DNA from: an uncultured Pseudomonadota bacterium
GTDB lineage: Bacteria; Pseudomonadota; Alphaproteobacteria; JACZXZ01
Direction: 5' to 3'
NCBI GenBank assembly: GCA_963749075.1
Contig: CAVVLJ010000002.1
Coordinates: forward strand, 1 to 64,000
DNA length: 64,000 nucleotides
The position numbers were made by a program, and so were the translations under genes. The notes under the pieces were generated by a model, which had not been told where the DNA came from, ran no database searches, and saw only the letters and a program-made list of their open reading frames with translations. Position 1 is the stretch's first letter, and each line of letters opens with the position of its first letter. Below are positions 59,791 to 64,000 of this stretch, in pieces.

Positions 59791-60831
59791 CTACGCCTTG
59801 AACTCCTTGTTCCACCACTCCTGGAACTGGCTGTCGTTCTTGGCGATGTAATCGTAGTCCTCGGTCATGATCTTGGTGCCGGGTGCGAAGGCGATGCGCT
59901 TCTCGAGATCGGGCGGCAGCGTCACGTCGTCGGCGCTCGGGTTGTAGCCCATGTTCTTGGCGAAATCGATCTGCGGCGGCGGCTCCAGCATGGCGTCGAT
60001 ATAGGCGTAGGCCGCCGCCTTGTTGGGCGCGTTCTTGGGCACCGAGAAGTCCGAGACATAGGCGACGATGCCCTCCTTGGGTGCGGCGATCTCGACGGGA
60101 ACGCCGGCGTTCTGCCACATGATGCCGCGCGCCTTCCACATGATGCACATGGCGCACTCGCCGGTCTGGAGGGCCTGGGCCATGGCCTCGTTGGTCGGGT
60201 AGATCTTGATCCCCAGCGTCTTGAGCTCGAGGAGCTTGGCCTTGCCGGGCTCGTAGTTGGAGAGGTTGCCGCCCGAGATCATCGCCGCCAATTCGATCGT
60301 CGTCAGGTACTGGATGTCGATGACGCCGACCTTGCCGGTATGGGCCTGGCTCCACAGATCGGCGTAGGAGGTGGGTGCCGCCGTGATGATCTTCGGGTTG
60401 TAGAGGATGATCCTGCCGCTCCAGATGTGGGGGGCCGAATATTTCGTGCGCAGGTCGGGCAGCACGTGCTTGAGGTTCGGGATCTTGCTTTCGTCGAGCT
60501 CCTCGAGCACGCCGTTCTGCCACATCTGGAAGGAGCCGGGCGAGCTCAATGCCGCCACGTCCATGGTGCCGCGCGGAAGGCGCGCCTCGGCCAGGAGCTT
60601 GGTGCGCCGCGCCGTGTCGTTGGCGGTATCGTAGACCACCTCGATGCCCTTGGGCTCGACGAGCGGCTTGGCGATGTAGTTCTCGAGGAACTTCTCGTAG
60701 TCGCCTCCCCAGGTGCCGACGACGACGCGGCCGCCGGCCGCCGCCGCCGGCCGCATGCCCGAGAAAGCGCCGGCGGCAAGGCCGGCGCCAAGCAGTGCCG
60801 TGAAGCCGCGTCGCGTGATCCTCTCGCTCAT
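59791..60831 (-). CDS. ABC transporter substrate-binding protein (PotD/polyamine-like), Tat signal
   Basis: TRRGF, TWGG.Y, PTSYADLW, PKEG, PKNAPNK..AYA.I. Confidence 0.88.
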   Translation of the reverse strand: MSERITRRGFTALLGAGLAAGAFSGMRPAAAAGGRVVVGTWGGDYEKFLENYIAKPLVEPKGIEVVYDTANDTARRTKLLAEARLPRGTMDVAALSSPGSFQMWQNGVLEELDESKIPNLKHVLPDLRTKYSAPHIWSGRIILYNPKIITAAPTSYADLWSQAHTGKVGVIDIQYLTTIELAAMISGGNLSNYEPGKAKLLELKTLGIKIYPTNEAMAQALQTGECAMCIMWKARGIMWQNAGVPVEIAAPKEGIVAYVSDFSVPKNAPNKAAAYAYIDAMLEPPPQIDFAKNMGYNPSADDVTLPPDLEKRIAFAPGTKIMTEDYDYIAKNDSQFQEWWNKEFKA

Positions 60832-60856
60832 GTTCCGCCTCCTCTTGCTCTTGGCC

Positions 60857-61927
60857 CTAGTTTCTTTCCGTGCCGCGCGGGAGGGCTACGAGCGCCTCGG
60901 GATCGACCCGCACGGCGACCGCGGCGGCGGGCTCGAGCGCCTGCCGCTCGAGGTCGCTCGAGGCGAGCTGGGCCACCAGGCGCTCGCCCGAGCCGAGCCT
61001 GAGCGTGACCTCCGAGAGCGCCCCGAAGAAGCTCACCGCCTCGACGGTCGCCTCCATCGCATCGGCGCTCCCGAGAGCCGCCTCCCCCAGCTTGACCGCT
61101 TCCGGCCTGATGAGCAACAGCTCCGCGTCAGGCGGCAGGCGGGGGCAGGCGAAGGCAAGGCCCGAGGCGGTGACGAAGCGGCCGCGCGCGGCATCGGCGC
61201 GCCCGGCGAGGAAATTGCCGCTGCCGACGAAGGAGGCGACGAAGAGGTTGGCGGGGGCGCGATAGAGCTCCTGGGGCGTGCCGATCTGCTGGATGCGGCC
61301 GTGGTCCATCACCACGAGGCGGTCGCCCAGGCCCATGGCCTCCTCCTGGTCGTGGGTGACGAGCACCGTCGTGATGGCGAGCATGCGCTGAAGGTTGCGG
61401 ATCTCCTCGCGCACCTCGTGGCGCAGCTTGGCGTCGAGATTGCTGAGCGGCTCGTCGAGCAGCAGCACGTCGGGCCGCACGACGAGGGCGCGCGCGATGG
61501 CGACGCGCTGCTGCTGGCCGCCCGAGAGCTGGCGCGGCATGCGCGCGGCGAGCGTCTCGAGGCGGACGAGGACGAGCGCCTCCGCGACCCGGCGCGCGAG
61601 CTCGTTCCCGGCGATGCCGCGGCGGCGCAGGCCGAAGGCCACGTTCTCGAAGACCGAGAGATGGGGGAAGAGCGCGTAGTTCTGGAAGACGATGCCGAGA
61701 TTGCGGCGATAGGGCGGCCAGAGCGTCACGTCGCGCCCGCCGATCGAGACGCGGCCCGTGCTCGCCTCGACGAGGCCGGCGATGAGGCGGAGCGTCGTGG
61801 TCTTGCCGCAGCCCGAGGGGCCGAGCAGCACCGCGAGCTCGCCCTCGGCGATCGCCAGATCGATGCCGTCGACCGCCGCCACCTCGCCGTAGCGCTTGGA
61901 GAGCCCCTCGAGCTCGACGACGGCCAT
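60857..61927 (-). CDS. ABC transporter ATP-binding protein (PotA-like)
   Basis: [46 protein letters not shown]. Confidence 0.93.
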   Translation of the reverse strand: MAVVELEGLSKRYGEVAAVDGIDLAIAEGELAVLLGPSGCGKTTTLRLIAGLVEASTGRVSIGGRDVTLWPPYRRNLGIVFQNYALFPHLSVFENVAFGLRRRGIAGNELARRVAEALVLVRLETLAARMPRQLSGGQQQRVAIARALVVRPDVLLLDEPLSNLDAKLRHEVREEIRNLQRMLAITTVLVTHDQEEAMGLGDRLVVMDHGRIQQIGTPQELYRAPANLFVASFVGSGNFLAGRADAARGRFVTASGLAFACPRLPPDAELLLIRPEAVKLGEAALGSADAMEATVEAVSFFGALSEVTLRLGSGERLVAQLASSDLERQALEPAAAVAVRVDPEALVALPRGTERN

Positions 61928-61928
61928 C

Positions 61929-62754
61929 CTAGACCACCCTGGTGAGCGGCAGGAAGCGGTTGGTGACGAGGAGGCCGCCGCCCACGATGGCGATCTGCAC
62001 CACCGACACGGCGGCGATCGTGGGGTCGATCTTCCACTCGAGATACTGGAGGATGGCGATGGGCAGCGTGGTCTCGCCGGGGGCGACGAGGAAGAGCGAG
62101 AATCTCGAGATTGCCGAAGCTGATCACGAAGCTCAGGAGCGCCGCCGCCACGAGGCCGGGCCAGATCGCCGGCAGCGTCACCTTGAGCGCCGTCACGAGG
62201 CGCGTGGCGCCGAGACTCAAAGCCGCGTCCTCGATGGCGGGATCGAGGCCCTGCAGGTTGGCGGCGACGATGCGCAGGCACCAGGGGATGGTGAGCAGCA
62301 CGTGGGCCGCGGCGAGGCCCACGACCGAGCCCACGAGCGGCAGGCCGGTCAGGATCTCGGTCTCGACGAAGAAGAGATAGAGCCCGGCGCCGATGACGAT
62401 CGCCGGCACGATGATGGGGGACATGAGGAGCTGGAGGATGGCCTCGCGGCCGCGGAAGGGAGCCCGCGTGAGCGCGAGTGCCGCCGGCACGCTCGCCGCG
62501 AGCCCGAGGGCGGTCGCGAGGAGGGCCACCTCGAGGCTCGTCACGAAGCCGTCGACGAACTGCCGCTCGCCCAAGAGCCCGGAGTACCAGCGCAGCGAAT
62601 AGCCCGACGGCGGCAGCGCCGGGATGGCACCCTCGAAGAAGCTCAACCAGACGACGAGGACGATGGGGAGGAGGATGAAGACATAGGCGCCGTAGGCGGC
62701 AAAGCCGAAGGCAAGCCGCGCAAGCCGCGCCGCGATCCGCCCGTCCCGCACCAT
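61929..62754 (-). CDS. ABC transporter permease (PotC-like), apparent +1 frameshift at about 62101
   Basis: SLRWY, EDAA.SLGA, VISF; removing one base restores EISLFLVAPGETTLPI...DPTIAAVS...stop at 61929. Confidence 0.85.
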
Positions 62755-62906
62755 CCCCTCGAATCCTCCCGAGCGCGAATTATCTCAGAAGCGTATCCTT
62801 CTCCCTGCCCTCCCCCTCAATGGGCTTTGCACAAGAAGTCTCCGATTTGAGGGGGTTTTTGTGCGAGTGAGGATTTTGGACAAAAAGCCATTTGAATGTG
62901 GCGTTC

Positions 62907-64000
62907 TTATATGGCGGTAAATGTTCCGATTCCGGTATCAAATTCGTCGTCGAGTTCTTCACGTTCTAACCGATGATGGTTGACCAGAAGAGTACGGATC
63001 GTCATTTCGGAAACTTTGAAAGGGTTGGCAACCTCCAACTGGTTTTCTGGCGAATAATCGCCCTCCAGCATCGTGTCTATGGCTTCGAACGGGCTCAGGA
63101 ATTCCGCGGCGAATGACCGTTGCATTTTTTGCCTATAGGTGTATGCGCGCGTCGCCGGGAAGAGCCTTCCACCAACTGGGGCAACAACGCGGTCGCTCAA
63201 GAGCCGCGCCAAATCGAAGCGTCGACCAGTCTCCCATTTCGATCTCAAAACCACTCGGCTCGTGGATACTCCGTTGTCAAGCGCATAAGAAATATTGGGA
63301 CCGCGAGTTGGTTCTGAGAGCGCCCGAGACTCGACGCCTACAAGTTGCGCCAAACTTTTGTTGCTGATCGGCTCTGTTCCCAGTCGTGTCTGTTCGCGAA
63401 GCACTTTGGCTGCTTCCGATCCCAGCAACCATGCTGGCGCATCTCCAGCTTTGGGCAAACCCGACCCGGCCGACAGATGGACGGCATCTCTCGGCGATGC
63501 GTCAAAACCGATGCTCGCCGCCGTCGCGCGTAATGTGGCGGCGGTCAATAGTTCTCCGCCTTGTGCATGATCAGCCGCGATCTCATTCATCGCAGGCTGG
63601 CCAAGTGTTTGAGCGTCCAATACCAGGCGCTCAAGCGCAAACTCGGCGGCCCTATCAGGATCGCACCCGAGAAGCGCCTCAAGTTTGCGGCGCGTTGCCG
63701 TCTCAGGATCGCGTCTTTCCTCACTGATGTTATGCCAAATCCGATCCAGATTGGTTTCCGCTATCTCTTCGGCTCGCAATTGGCCCTGAACCTGCTCCAT
63801 GAAGTGGCTTACCGCGTTCTCGAATTCACGCGCACCCACAACCGCGCCAATATTGCTCAGATAGCGGTAGTTTGTGTTCGGCCGCTCGGAGGCAGGCTTA
63901 GCGACTAACGCAATGCGTTCGCCGTCGGAATAAATCGTGATGTTCGGCCAAACGTAACCTCCTCCAATCGTACTCATGCAATGGGCGAACGCCCAGTCGG
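62907..64000 (-). CDS. Hypothetical protein with a degenerate ImmA/IrrE (peptidase M78)-like C-terminal domain; 5' end lies outside the window
   Basis: Frame stays open to the window edge (DWAFAHC-MSTIGGGYVWP); RRFDLARLLSD and QRSFAAEFLSP resemble RRF.LAHELGH and AN.FAA.LL.P; lower GC. Confidence 0.65.
   Translation of the reverse strand, partial: DWAFAHCMSTIGGGYVWPNITIYSDGERIALVAKPASERPNTNYRYLSNIGAVVGAREFENAVSHFMEQVQGQLRAEEIAETNLDRIWHNISEERRDPETATRRKLEALLGCDPDRAAEFALERLVLDAQTLGQPAMNEIAADHAQGGELLTAATLRATAASIGFDASPRDAVHLSAGSGLPKAGDAPAWLLGSEAAKVLREQTRLGTEPISNKSLAQLVGVESRALSEPTRGPNISYALDNGVSTSRVVLRSKWETGRRFDLARLLSDRVVAPVGGRLFPATRAYTYRQKMQRSFAAEFLSPFEAIDTMLEGDYSPENQLEVANPFKVSEMTIRTLLVNHHRLEREELDDEFDTGIGTFTAI

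Overview
High-GC bacterial chromosomal segment, most consistent with an Alphaproteobacterium (Rhodospirillales/Stellaceae-like; inferred from gene content and repeat families). About 60 mostly metabolic genes: leucine catabolism (MCC alpha/beta, HMG-CoA lyase), putA, hopanoid C-2 methylase (hpnP-like), intracellular PHB depolymerase, TRAP/TTT/ABC transporters, and many oxidoreductases and CoA ligases. Accessory elements: a RebB-like R-body gene at the left edge; a higB-higA-(higB remnant)-higA cluster; an unannotated small toxin-like ORF with an internal TGA coupled to a DUF4279-like gene; a lower-GC island (about 48-56 kb) bracketed by two decayed IS3 copies that carries a sphingosine-1-phosphate-lyase-like gene and an intact IS4-family element inserted into a REP palindrome; and a truncated ImmA/IrrE-like gene lacking HExxH at the right edge. 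At least six families of intergenic palindromic (REP-like) repeats are present, some with nested modules. Two single-base frameshifts look like sequencing errors. No rRNA, tRNA or CRISPR array was recognised. All product calls come from motif recognition by eye, not database searches.
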